In this document: positions 28,782 to 37,735 of the stretch, piece after piece
Position numbering within the stretch: position 1 is the first letter of the stretch
Layout of the letters: every line of letters starts with the position of its first letter
Assembly: GCA_963727625.1 (NCBI GenBank)
Contig: CAVSHR010000012.1
Coordinates: forward strand, 352,001-416,000
DNA: 64,000 bases
Direction of reading: 5' to 3'
Origin: an uncultured delta proteobacterium
GTDB lineage: Bacteria > Desulfobacterota > Binatia > UBA9968
The notes under the pieces: generated by a model
The model's database searches: none
Told to the model about the DNA's origin: nothing
What the model saw: the letters and a program-made list of their open reading frames with translations, nothing else
Position numbers and translations under genes: made by a program

Positions 28782-28952
28782 ATGGCGACTTACGCGTTTC
28801 ATTGCCAGAAATGCGATCTGAACTTCGAGCTGATGTTTTCGTTTGGCAAGTACCAAAGGAAGGTCAATCCCGTGCGATGTCCCAACTGCAATAGCACTCG
28901 GGTAATCCGGCGGATTTCCCTCTTTGAGGTGAAAACCTCGAAGAAGAGCTAG
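28782..28952 (+). CDS. FmdB-family zinc-ribbon protein
   Basis: Not in ORF track: MATYAFHCQKCDLNFE...RCPNCNSTRVIRRIS...TSKKS*; GGAGGGAG RBS. Confidence 0.85.
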   Translation: MATYAFHCQKCDLNFELMFSFGKYQRKVNPVRCPNCNSTRVIRRISLFEVKTSKKS

Positions 28953-28993
28953 ACCGCGCGACAGAATCCGCGGCGCTGCGCAAACGACGGCGC

Positions 28994-29641
28994 TTATCCC
29001 ACCGCCGAGACTTTCGACTTATCCCGTTTAAGGATTTCGACCACGTCTTCATCGGCAACCTGGCCGAACTCGTCAAAAAATTGGCCCACGGCGTAGAATT
29101 CACCCGGGACATCCAAACAGACCACCTCATCGCACTCGCGCGACATCGCTTGAGCCGCTTCCGGGGAAGCCACGGCGACGGCGGCAATCAGCTTTTTGGG
29201 CCCCTGGGCGCGCACCGCGCGCAACGCCGCCCTCATCGTTGATCCGGTGGCGATGCCGTCGTCAACCACGATGACCATGCGGTCTCGCGGATCGATCGGC
29301 GCCTGATGCGGCGTGTATACGGCTCGGCGGCGGCGCAGGACCTGCAGTTGGCGTTTTTTTTCCGCTTGCACATACTCGAAGTCGAGATCCAAAGCCCACT
29401 CGGAAACAAACGCTTTGCCGGTTTCATCGATGGCGCCGATGGCGAGCTCAGGCGACTCGGGATGGCTGAGCTTGTGCACGAGCACGACATCCAGCTCGCC
29501 GCCGAGGGCACCGGCGATGATCTTGGCCATCGGCACTGCGCCGCGCGGTATGCCGAGCACTAAAGGATTCTTGTTTTTGTACTGAGGACTCAAGCGCTCG
29601 ACCAAAAGCGCCGCGGCATGTTCTCGATTTCTAAATCGCAT
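28994..29641 (-). CDS. Phosphoribosyltransferase (Rv0571c/Rv2030c N-domain type)
   Basis: FRNREHAA..L, LGIPRGAVP, ELAIGAI, VVDDGIATGST, FYAVGQFF. Confidence 0.9.
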   Translation of the reverse strand: MRFRNREHAAALLVERLSPQYKNKNPLVLGIPRGAVPMAKIIAGALGGELDVVLVHKLSHPESPELAIGAIDETGKAFVSEWALDLDFEYVQAEKKRQLQVLRRRRAVYTPHQAPIDPRDRMVIVVDDGIATGSTMRAALRAVRAQGPKKLIAAVAVASPEAAQAMSRECDEVVCLDVPGEFYAVGQFFDEFGQVADEDVVEILKRDKSKVSAVG

Positions 29642-29677
29642 GGCTCACCTCGCTTAGCTCCCGGAGTCTGCATGGTG

Positions 29678-31063
29678 TCAAACCCTCGTCTCCGGTGATT
29701 TTCGATTGCCCGGTTGTCTTTGCCGCGCGTCGACTTCTTTGGCCAGAAGTTGAATCGCTTCGGCAACGCGCACGGGATAATCCGGCGCAGGCTCGAGCTT
29801 TTTCAACCCATCGGGCAGTTTCTTGAATTGCTCCAGTGCCCACGCCCGCGATTGCTTCAGGGACACGGGCGCTGTAAGCCGCCGTCCCTGCTGCATGACC
29901 GGCGCGATGAGCGCGGCCCCGCTGTTTTCGTCGCCTTCCAAGGTCAAGAGATCTCCAGCCATCAGTCCTGCGGAATCGTAGGTCCGAAACACCTGCTTTC
30001 TGCCCGGCCACAGCACCTTGCCTTCCGAGCGCTTGCGGCGGGCACGGCCGGCATACTCGACGAGCTTGTAGGCGCAGTCCAAGTAGGGCGCATCGGCGGA
30101 AGTATCCATATGCGTGCCGATGCCGAAGCCGTCGATGGGGGCGCCTTTCTCGCGTAGCTGTTGGAGCAGATATTCATCGACGCTGCCGCTGGCAAAGATG
30201 GTGACCTCATTGAGGCCGCCGGCGTCAAGAATGCGCCGCACTTTGAATGCATGATCGGCCAGATCGCCGCTGTCCAGCCGCACGCCTTTGATTTTAATCC
30301 CGTCGTGGCCAAGCTTGGGCGCCAGCTCGACGACCTTTTGGGCCGCCGCTTCAGTGTCATAGGTATCGATCAGGAGAATCACATTATTTGGCAGCGCCCG
30401 GGCAAAGTGCTCAAACGCCGCGCTTTCGTCATCGTGTGCCTGCACGAATGAGTGGGCCATCGTGCCAAATACCGGGATGTCGTAGAGCGGCGCCGCCAGC
30501 ACCGTGGCGCTGCCGGCGAAACCGGCCAAATAACTCGCTCGCGCCGCCAGCAGTCCGGCTTCGGCCCCATGGGCGCGGCGCAAGCCAAAATCCACCAGCA
30601 GTTTGCCTGGTGCCATCAGCACCGAACGCGCCGCCTTTGAAGCGATCAAGGTTTCAAAATGAAACAAGTTAATCAGCCGGCTTTCCACCAGCTGCGCCTG
30701 GTCGATCGGCGCCGTGACGCGCAGGATCGGTTCGTTGGGGAAAAAAATCGTTCCTTCAGCCATGGCGTGGACATCGCCGGTAAAGCGGAGATTTTTCAGA
30801 TAGCGCACGAACTTTGGATGAAACTCGCCATGCTTGCCGATCCATTCGAGCTCCGCTGCGGTAAAGCGCAGGTTTGCCAAAAACCCGAGCCCCTGTTCAA
30901 GGCCGGCGGCGACGAGAAAATTGCGCGAGCGCGGCAGCTTGCGAACGAAAAATTCAAAAACCGCGGTTTCTTCCATGTGCTGATCGAAGTAGCCCTGGAG
31001 CATCGTGAGCTGGTATAGATCGGTCAGCAGCGCGCTCGATAGAACGTTTCGCTCGATATTCAT
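29678..31063 (-). CDS. pncB: Nicotinate phosphoribosyltransferase
   Basis: LLTDLYQLTM, DFGLRRAHG, GTMAHSFV, LLIDTYD, VRLDSGD, AYKLV. Confidence 0.95.
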   Translation of the reverse strand: MNIERNVLSSALLTDLYQLTMLQGYFDQHMEETAVFEFFVRKLPRSRNFLVAAGLEQGLGFLANLRFTAAELEWIGKHGEFHPKFVRYLKNLRFTGDVHAMAEGTIFFPNEPILRVTAPIDQAQLVESRLINLFHFETLIASKAARSVLMAPGKLLVDFGLRRAHGAEAGLLAARASYLAGFAGSATVLAAPLYDIPVFGTMAHSFVQAHDDESAAFEHFARALPNNVILLIDTYDTEAAAQKVVELAPKLGHDGIKIKGVRLDSGDLADHAFKVRRILDAGGLNEVTIFASGSVDEYLLQQLREKGAPIDGFGIGTHMDTSADAPYLDCAYKLVEYAGRARRKRSEGKVLWPGRKQVFRTYDSAGLMAGDLLTLEGDENSGAALIAPVMQQGRRLTAPVSLKQSRAWALEQFKKLPDGLKKLEPAPDYPVRVAEAIQLLAKEVDARQRQPGNRKSPETRV

Positions 31064-31253
31064 TGCGCTTTCCTATGCCTTGAACCGCCTCAGCCCATCC
31101 GGGTCCACCTGCGTCCAAGAGGTCGTCGCGCGCCTCGCTTTCGGCCCGCCGCAGCGCCGAGAATGCAAGCTGGTCATGCCAGCGCACCCAACACCTGCCA
31201 TCGTTGAGGACCAACAGCGAAAAATCGACACTCGGCGATTACGCTCTTGGAGT

Positions 31254-31269
31254 GGCAAACGGCATGCCA
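31254..31269 (-). promoter_or_regulatory. sigma-54 promoter (pncB-PRTase)
   Basis: TGGCATGCCGTTTGCC. Confidence 0.75.
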
Positions 31270-31328
31270 TGAAACGGCTTAAGTTCAACCTGAAACTTGG
31301 CGCTAAATTCGCTTCTCGGCGGCGCAGA

Positions 31329-31375
31329 TTCCCGCGCGCGCAAAATTCGCTCCAATAAATTTTCATCGTTGCAAG
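31329..31375. promoter_or_regulatory. Paired putative enhancer sites
   Basis: TTCCCG-CGCG-CGCAAA (31329) and TTTTCA-TCGT-TGCAAG (31360), 31 bp apart. Confidence 0.6.
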
Positions 31376-31546
31376 AAGCGATCGCAGGACAGGTGTCGCT
31401 GGGGCGGAGCGGGCCATGGAATGGGTCCGCGGCGATTCAGGAGGCCGTGCTATGCGCCCATAAAGCGAGCACGCTGGATCCGGCGAGAGTACCCGGGCAA
31501 GATCACTTTTCGATGGTTCAGGAGCGCGAGTAGAGACAAACTTGTT

Positions 31547-32896
31547 TTAAACATCGATACTGAGCTTTTCGAGTTTACGGTAAAGCGTCGACAGGCTGAG
31601 GCCCAATAATTCCGCGGCGCGCACTTTGTCGCCCGCCGTTTTTCCTAAAGTACGCTCGATATGGCTCTTCTCATAGAGCTCGATGGCTTTGCTCAGATTA
31701 TCGTCGCTGTTGATTTCGCTGTCCGCCGCCGACTGATGTCCCGGCAAGTCGCCGGGAGATATCCATTCGCCGTTGCCGAGAATCATTGCCCGTTCCAAGA
31801 CGTTGTCCAGTTCGCGGATGTTGCCCTTCCAGGGCAGCGACATGAGGATTCTCATGGTTGCGCTGTCAACCCCTTTGTAGCTGGTCTTCATTTCCAGGTT
31901 GTGCCGGTGAATTAGATACTCGACCAGGCCGGGCAAATCCTCGAGCCGTTTGCGCAGCGGCGGTATGTCAATCTCAAAGACGTTCAATCGGTAGTAGAGA
32001 TCTTCGCGGAAGCGGGCCGCTTCGACTTCCGTTTTCAGGTCCCGGTTGGAGGCCGCGATGATGCGCACGTTCACTTTGACCGGCATCGTTGAGCCCACCG
32101 GCAAAACAGTTTTCTCTTCGAGCACGCGCAACAGCTTCGGCTGGAGGCTCAAGGGCACCTCACCGATCTCGTCGAGAAAGATCGTGCCGCCGCGGGCGCG
32201 CTGGAACAGCCCCTCTTGCGAATTCACCGCTCCGGTGAACGATCCTTTCACATGACCGAAGAGCTGGCTTTCCAGCAGATTTTCCGGAATCGCGCTGCAA
32301 TTGACCGGCAGAAAGACACTGTCCTTCGACAGGCTGTTGGCGTGAATCGTGCGCGCCACGACCTCCTTGCCAACGCCGCTCTCTCCGCTGATCAATACTG
32401 TCGTCGGGGTCGGCGCCACCTTCTTAATCATGTTGATGATTTCTTGCATCGCCGCGCTGCGCCCGAGCGGCCGGTCCGGACTAAACTGGCCGTCGATCTC
32501 GCGCCGCAGGATTTGGTTTTCCCAGGCCAGCTTGCGGTGTGAGATCATCCGCTGGACCTTGCGCTGCACGTCTTCGAAAATCAGCGGCTTGAGTAGATAA
32601 TCCTGCGCGCCCAAGCGTAGCGCTTCGATCGCCGTCTCCACGGAGGCGTGAGCCGTCATCAGCATGATGAGAGTTTGCGGTGAGACTTCCCGGGCGTGCT
32701 TGAGAACCTCGATGCCACCGGCTTGCGGCATCATCAGATCGGTGAGAATCACATCCAGGTCGAGCTTGCTGATCAACTCCTTGGCCACGTTGCCGTTTTC
32801 GGCCTCATGGACCTCATAGCCCTCGCCTCTCAAAAGCTCCGCCAAACTCGCCCGCGCGGTGTCTTGGTCTTCGACGACTAGAATAGTGCCGGGCAC
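31547..32896 (-). CDS. sigma-54-dependent response regulator (REC-AAA+-Fis HTH; NtrC/AtoC/ZraR family)
   Basis: ILTDLMMP receiver, GESGVGKE, ESQLFGHVKGSFTGA, FLDEIGE, FREDLYYRLNV, WKGNIREL, HTH AAELLGLSLSTLYRK. Confidence 0.96.
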   Translation of the reverse strand: MPGTILVVEDQDTARASLAELLRGEGYEVHEAENGNVAKELISKLDLDVILTDLMMPQAGGIEVLKHAREVSPQTLIMLMTAHASVETAIEALRLGAQDYLLKPLIFEDVQRKVQRMISHRKLAWENQILRREIDGQFSPDRPLGRSAAMQEIINMIKKVAPTPTTVLISGESGVGKEVVARTIHANSLSKDSVFLPVNCSAIPENLLESQLFGHVKGSFTGAVNSQEGLFQRARGGTIFLDEIGEVPLSLQPKLLRVLEEKTVLPVGSTMPVKVNVRIIAASNRDLKTEVEAARFREDLYYRLNVFEIDIPPLRKRLEDLPGLVEYLIHRHNLEMKTSYKGVDSATMRILMSLPWKGNIRELDNVLERAMILGNGEWISPGDLPGHQSAADSEINSDDNLSKAIELYEKSHIERTLGKTAGDKVRAAELLGLSLSTLYRKLEKLSIDV

Positions 32897-32913
32897 TTGA
32901 ATTTATACCGTCC

Positions 32914-32960
32914 TTTTCAATTGTGGGAATAGGTCATTCCAAGTTTCCCGAGAACGCAAA
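32914..32960. promoter_or_regulatory. Paired putative sites in the leader of the response regulator gene
   Basis: TTTTCA-ATTG-TGGGAA (32914) and TTCCCG-AGAA-CGCAAA (32945), 31 bp apart. Confidence 0.55.
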
Positions 32961-33006
32961 TCCGCGACCACAAACCCCAAGTCATTTTTCGTGAAAAGAA
33001 TAAGCA

Positions 33007-33022
33007 AGCAATTGCGAAGCCA
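33007..33022 (-). promoter_or_regulatory. sigma-54 promoter (response regulator)
   Basis: TGGCTTCGCAATTGCT. Confidence 0.65.
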
Positions 33023-33086
33023 ACCGGGGAAGGGCTGAAACCCGGTGCACAAATCCCTGTTTTCAGTATTTGCTATGATCGTAGGC

Positions 33087-35702
33087 TTAAGATTTTCGGC
33101 TCATCGAGCGCGGCAAAAAGAGGCGGAATTGGGTGCCTTCGCCCGGCTGGCTTTCGTAGGAAATTGTCCCGCCATGGGCGGACACGATTTGCCGGACGAT
33201 GACCAAACCTAAACCGCTGCCGTCCTTCTTGCTGGTAGAAAATGGCGCGAAAATATCGGTTCCCGGTGGAACTCCGGCACCCGTGTCGGAAATCGTGACG
33301 AGGACACCTTTGTCCTTCTGGACGGTCCCGACCGTCAACTCGCCGCCCAGGGCCATCGCTTCGATGGCGTTTTTCACCAGGTTGAGCAGTGCTTGCTTGA
33401 GCTTGTCTTCGTCGACGTCGACCACGGGTAACTCAACCGAGTCACGGCGCGTAATGACGATTCCGCGCGACTCGCAAACCGACTTTTGCAGATCAAGAAC
33501 TTCATCGATGACCACCGGTAGATGAGTCGGGCGAAAAGTAAATTCTTGCTTGCGCGATAAGCCGCGGAACTCTTGCACCAATTGATTGAGCCTGCCGATC
33601 TCTTTTTTGACGTTAGCAATATCGGCTGTGACCCGCTCATCCGGCGACGGCTGCCGCATGAGCCGCTGCTCGACAAGCTGCAACGTGAGAAAGATTCCAT
33701 TCAGCGGATTGGCTATTTCATGGCCGATCCGCGACGCCGTGCCGCCAATCGCCGCCAACCGTTCGTTCTCCACCGCACGGGCCTGCAGCTCGGCGGTTAC
33801 CGAGACGTCTCTTATGAATGCCGCGTAGTGGACTTCCTCGTCCGCTTCGATCTCGATCACCGAGAGCTCGATCGGAAATTCTTCGCCGTTTTTCCTCTTC
33901 GCCGTCACCGTCCGAATGCGCCCGATCGCATGGGGCTCGCGGGTTCGTTCGTAGCGCGCGATATAGCCGTCATGTTCCGAAGCGTAGGGCTCGGCCATGA
34001 GCATTTTCACTTTGCGGCCGACGACTTCATCGATCGAACAGCCAAAGATGCGTTCCGCAGCCGGATTAAAGACAACGATCCGTGCCAGCCTGTCGATCCC
34101 GATGACCGCGTCCTGAGTGGTTTCGATCAAACGCCGAGACCAGGTCTCGGCTTTAAGCCGCTCGGTGATATCGGCGCCGCTACAAAGCAACCCCTCCAAC
34201 CGCCCATCGGGCGCTCGAAGGATAACCCCCGACCACTCGATCTCACGTTCACGGCCATCCTTGGTCAAAATTGCGTTAATATTCCAGTTAACTTGAAGTC
34301 CGGCGATCGCGTTCTCGAACAACTTGCGGATCCGCGACCGATCGCGTTCGGGAATAAACCTCGGGAACCAATCCCTCCCCTGCGTCTCTTCGAGCAAATA
34401 ACCCGACAGCTTTTCGAAATAGCCATTGTAATAAACAACCCTCCCCTCGGGGTCGAGCAATAAGACGATCGCTTGGGCGGTATCGAGAAGACTGGTGGAA
34501 AATTGCTTTTCTCGCTGCAACGCCTGCAACGCGTGGGCTTTTTGGGTATTGGCTAACAAGAGCGCTTGGTTGATGCCTATGAGCTCATGGGCCCGTCGCT
34601 CAACTTCGCCCGTGAGTGTCTCTTGGGATCGACGCAAGCTATCCTCTAAGCGCTTTTGTTCGGTAATGTCCGTCGATATGCCGCAAATGGCGTAGAGCTT
34701 TCCCGCAGAATCGAACATCGGATATTTATTGGACAAATAGAAGTGCGGCCCATTCTCATGCGGTGCGACTTCTTCGAATTCCATCGGTGCGCCGGTCTCG
34801 ATCACTTTAAGATCATTGGCGCGAAACACCGCGGCAATTTCTGTTGGAAAAATTTCCGCGTCGCTTTTACCCGTCACATCTTCCAGACTGACACGAAAAA
34901 GCTTCTCAAACTGGTGGTTGACCGTGAGGTATCGACCATCTGGATCTTTGAGGAAGATGACTCTCGTTGAGCTATCGATGATCGACCGAAGCAAAGTTTC
35001 ACTCCGATACAACTCGTCGTCGCGCAGGCGATGGTACCACAAAGAACCTAAATAACGGGCGACGTTAGAAACCAATGCGGTCGTGCGCGGGTCGGCGAGC
35101 CGTTTTTCCGACGATTGCAAGACAATGACGCCGTAGATTCGATCCTGCGCAACTACGGGCGCCGCCAGAGCGGATTTCAAACCAGCAGCTCGGGCGACTT
35201 GGGCCGTCGGAAATTGTTCCAGAGGCAAGTTCCCCAGTTCTTCGAACCATTCCGTCTGGCGGGACTGCCAAACTTTGCCGGGGATGCCCGTTGCTATCTC
35301 CACGGCAATGAATCCGCTGAAACTCCCGAAGCGCTTTCTGGACTCTGCGTCCGGATAATAGCAATCCCTGGCCTCAAGCCGTTCACCATCGGCTGTTGGA
35401 ACCCACAGGACGCTGAGATCCCATCCGATAACGAGGCATAGTTGTTCGAGCGTCATCCGAAACGCCGAGTCAAAATCACGCCCGGCGGTTCCAAGTTGTA
35501 ACTTCTCCAGCACGAGCCAAAGCTCTTCTTCGGCGCGTTGGCGCGTGTTGATTTCAACCGCAAGCGCTTGTTTGGATTTTGCCAATTCCGCGGTTTTTTC
35601 AAGAATCAGGGTTCTGATCCTTTCGCGCACCTTTGGGTCGCGGATGTCATCAATTGGGTCATTTCCAGCCACGGCAGCCTCAGCCTTTCTTTTGATTAGC
35701 AA
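33087..35702 (-). CDS. Soluble GAF-PAS-PAS-PAS sensor histidine kinase; last PAS is FixL-like
   Basis: GAF (GIPGKVW, GLKSALAAPV), three PAS/PAC blocks, LMAEPYASEHDGYIARY...IGRIRTVTAKRKNGEEFPIELSV, H-box HEIANPL, N/G boxes; no TM helix; start uncertain. Confidence 0.92.
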   Translation of the reverse strand: MLIKRKAEAAVAGNDPIDDIRDPKVRERIRTLILEKTAELAKSKQALAVEINTRQRAEEELWLVLEKLQLGTAGRDFDSAFRMTLEQLCLVIGWDLSVLWVPTADGERLEARDCYYPDAESRKRFGSFSGFIAVEIATGIPGKVWQSRQTEWFEELGNLPLEQFPTAQVARAAGLKSALAAPVVAQDRIYGVIVLQSSEKRLADPRTTALVSNVARYLGSLWYHRLRDDELYRSETLLRSIIDSSTRVIFLKDPDGRYLTVNHQFEKLFRVSLEDVTGKSDAEIFPTEIAAVFRANDLKVIETGAPMEFEEVAPHENGPHFYLSNKYPMFDSAGKLYAICGISTDITEQKRLEDSLRRSQETLTGEVERRAHELIGINQALLLANTQKAHALQALQREKQFSTSLLDTAQAIVLLLDPEGRVVYYNGYFEKLSGYLLEETQGRDWFPRFIPERDRSRIRKLFENAIAGLQVNWNINAILTKDGREREIEWSGVILRAPDGRLEGLLCSGADITERLKAETWSRRLIETTQDAVIGIDRLARIVVFNPAAERIFGCSIDEVVGRKVKMLMAEPYASEHDGYIARYERTREPHAIGRIRTVTAKRKNGEEFPIELSVIEIEADEEVHYAAFIRDVSVTAELQARAVENERLAAIGGTASRIGHEIANPLNGIFLTLQLVEQRLMRQPSPDERVTADIANVKKEIGRLNQLVQEFRGLSRKQEFTFRPTHLPVVIDEVLDLQKSVCESRGIVITRRDSVELPVVDVDEDKLKQALLNLVKNAIEAMALGGELTVGTVQKDKGVLVTISDTGAGVPPGTDIFAPFSTSKKDGSGLGLVIVRQIVSAHGGTISYESQPGEGTQFRLFLPRSMSRKS

Positions 35703-35901
35703 AATAGCAGCGCTCGACGATCACACTTTGCCGCAATCGCCTGCCCATCCGACTCACCCGGATTCCGGTCCATGGGAAGATTATCCTAAAGTCGAGAAAA
35801 CTGTTAGTTTTTGTCCTCGGGTCGAAAGCGTTGTCAATGCTAACTCTCTGAGAATAAACAACATTGCTCTATGCGACTCAAGGAGAAGCAACGACGATCG
35901 A

Positions 35902-35917
35902 CGGCATGATGCTTGCT
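35902..35917 (+). promoter_or_regulatory. sigma-54 promoter (small ORF divergent from kinase)
   Basis: CGGCATGATGCTTGCT. Confidence 0.72.
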
Positions 35918-35980
35918 CATGATACCAGAGCGGTGGGGAAACATAACCCGGAGCGTTGAGGCTTTTCACGGGAGGTCGTT

Positions 35981-36094
35981 ATGGCAAGTGAGGCTGAACT
36001 CTTTTACTTGGTGTTGCTTACACTATTGACTCTGCTTGTTCACTTGATTCTTTCGACGAAACACCGCCGCCATGACAAGGATTCCCACGCTTGA
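35981..36094 (+). CDS. 37-aa single-TM small protein with His-rich tail
   Basis: GGAGGT RBS; MASEAELFYLVLLTLLTLLVHLILSTKHRRHDKDSHA*. Confidence 0.6.
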   Translation: MASEAELFYLVLLTLLTLLVHLILSTKHRRHDKDSHA

Positions 36095-36157
36095 GCGTGG
36101 CGGCAAATGGTGACAATCAGGCACTGGGGAACGGCTGCTCAGCCGAGCAGCGAGTTA

Positions 36158-37273
36158 CTAAGCCGTTGTGCGCTCGGCCGTGTATCGACGGCAGGCTGCC
36201 AAATTCGTTAGCGGACAGAATCTTCTAAGAACGGCGTCGCTACAGCTATATCGATAGGGAAAGCGATGCTGATAGGCAGAGGAAGCGACGTTGCGCAATT
36301 CCTCGATCGAGAGGCCGATATCGTTGCGCCGGTTCCATTCCAATAATCTCTCTACCGTTTCATCGCTCGTCAATCCCATCAAGCGAAATTCCGAGGCCAG
36401 TCGAATCGCGCAATTATTTCGGTAACCGGGTTCGATGTGATTCTGCCATACCGCCTGCGCGCCGGCGCAACGGAATTCGGGATGGGCGATGTCCGCCGGC
36501 CGACGAAACCGATAAGCAAACGGTTTCCGGGTGAGCCTTGCCACTTGGCGGCTGATGCGCCGGTACAGTTCCGCCGCGTTGGGATTGGCCTTCACCGGGG
36601 CGCTGGAAAGAAAACCGGTCGAATCGGTCAGCTTTAATGGCTTGGCGGCACGCGCCATTTCGCGGGTCGCCGCCGCTGAAAGAGATTTTAGCTCCGCGCT
36701 GCTGACGATAACCTTGTAGAGCTTGGTTTTCTCGTGGATCGTGTTCGGCAACCGCAGCAGCCGAACCCGATCCTTGATCGACAGATCGACGGTCCCGCGC
36801 AAGGCTTCGGGCAGCGCCTGGGCCAGGTGGCGCCGCAGGGAATCGAAAATCGTTGGCAAGCCCAGCGACGGCGCAATGCGGCCGAAGCTGCGGGTATCGA
36901 GCATGAAGTGAAAACCTTTGGCGCCGCTAAAATAAACCTGCAAAGCGGCGGGGTCGAGCGCCCAGCTTTCGAGCAAGAAAGCGCTGAGCCGCTTGGCCGC
37001 CTCCAAAGCCGGCACCAACTCGGGATGGTCCAGATCCAAGGGCAAGAATGGCGCCCAGACTTTGCCGCCATAGCCGGAAATGCTCGGCGCCGAGCCGTCC
37101 GGCTGAGCGCTCATATGGGTCAGCACTTCATCGGAATAGAAAAAGTAAGTGCAGTAACACCCATAGCTCTTAAAGGTATCGACCAGCCCGGGAACATCGC
37201 CAATGGCGACGATGTGATTGCGGAAGCCTCTTTGAAAGTGCGCGGCAAAATCGACCAGTTGATACTTCCCCAT
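36158..37273 (-). CDS. Archaeo-eukaryotic primase (PrimPol-like) with C-terminal PriCT-type helical domain
   Basis: LPLDLD (DxD), VYFSGAKGFH, D...RLLRLPNT; GYRNNCAIRLASEFR...WNRRN...L...EL..V.SSAY; Cys in C-terminus. Confidence 0.78.
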   Translation of the reverse strand: MGKYQLVDFAAHFQRGFRNHIVAIGDVPGLVDTFKSYGCYCTYFFYSDEVLTHMSAQPDGSAPSISGYGGKVWAPFLPLDLDHPELVPALEAAKRLSAFLLESWALDPAALQVYFSGAKGFHFMLDTRSFGRIAPSLGLPTIFDSLRRHLAQALPEALRGTVDLSIKDRVRLLRLPNTIHEKTKLYKVIVSSAELKSLSAAATREMARAAKPLKLTDSTGFLSSAPVKANPNAAELYRRISRQVARLTRKPFAYRFRRPADIAHPEFRCAGAQAVWQNHIEPGYRNNCAIRLASEFRLMGLTSDETVERLLEWNRRNDIGLSIEELRNVASSAYQHRFPYRYSCSDAVLRRFCPLTNLAACRRYTAERTTA

Positions 37274-37313
37274 GGGATAACTATATCCCTCTCATTGTTC
37301 GGACCCAAGGCAC

Positions 37314-37360
37314 TTCGCACTCTCGCAAAGTCTTGTCGGCTTTATTCTTACTTCTGAAAA
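37314..37360. promoter_or_regulatory. Paired putative enhancer sites
   Basis: TTCGCA-CTCT-CGCAAA (37314) and TTCTTA-CTTC-TGAAAA (37345), 31 bp apart. Confidence 0.6.
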
Positions 37361-37419
37361 ACAACGGTCACCCTTGGCAACTAAACCTCATTTATATTGG
37401 GCTCCCGGAGACGCTTGAG

Positions 37420-37435
37420 TGGCACGGCTTCTGCA
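37420..37435 (+). promoter_or_regulatory. sigma-54 promoter (FmdB-CBS-...-nrdJ operon)
   Basis: TGGCACGGCTTCTGCA. Confidence 0.78.
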
Positions 37436-37522
37436 CATTTGTCGGCGCGGGATGCCGTGGCAGGATGTCAACACACGGCAGTCTAATTTCGGCCTACGGC
37501 AAGATCAGGGAGCACAAATTTT

Positions 37523-37696
37523 ATGCCCAAATACGATTTTCGCTGCGCCCGATGCAATAGAACTTTTGAGCTGAGCTGGTCGCTCGCAGAATATAACAAA
37601 CGGATCAAAGAAAAAAATAAATGCCCAAAGTGCGGTAGCACGAGAGTAGTCAAGATGGTTTCTCTAGTGCAGGTGAATACCGCGAAGAAGAGTTAG
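37523..37696 (+). CDS. FmdB-family zinc-ribbon protein (second copy)
   Basis: Not in ORF track: MPKYDFRCARCNRTFE...KCPKCGSTRVVKMVS...TAKKS*. Confidence 0.85.
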   Translation: MPKYDFRCARCNRTFELSWSLAEYNKRIKEKNKCPKCGSTRVVKMVSLVQVNTAKKS

Positions 37697-37735
37697 TAGA
37701 CAGTTTGATCGGAAGTTTGCCTGGAGCACCCATCG

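Noticed and set aside
31164-31181. Minus-strand TGGCATG...TTGCA upstream of pncB
   Set aside because: Spacing is 2 bp too long; a correctly spaced element exists at 31254-31269.
35760-35880. Enhancer pair upstream of the microprotein promoter
   Set aside because: Only half-site-quality matches with no clean 31-bp pair; not counted.
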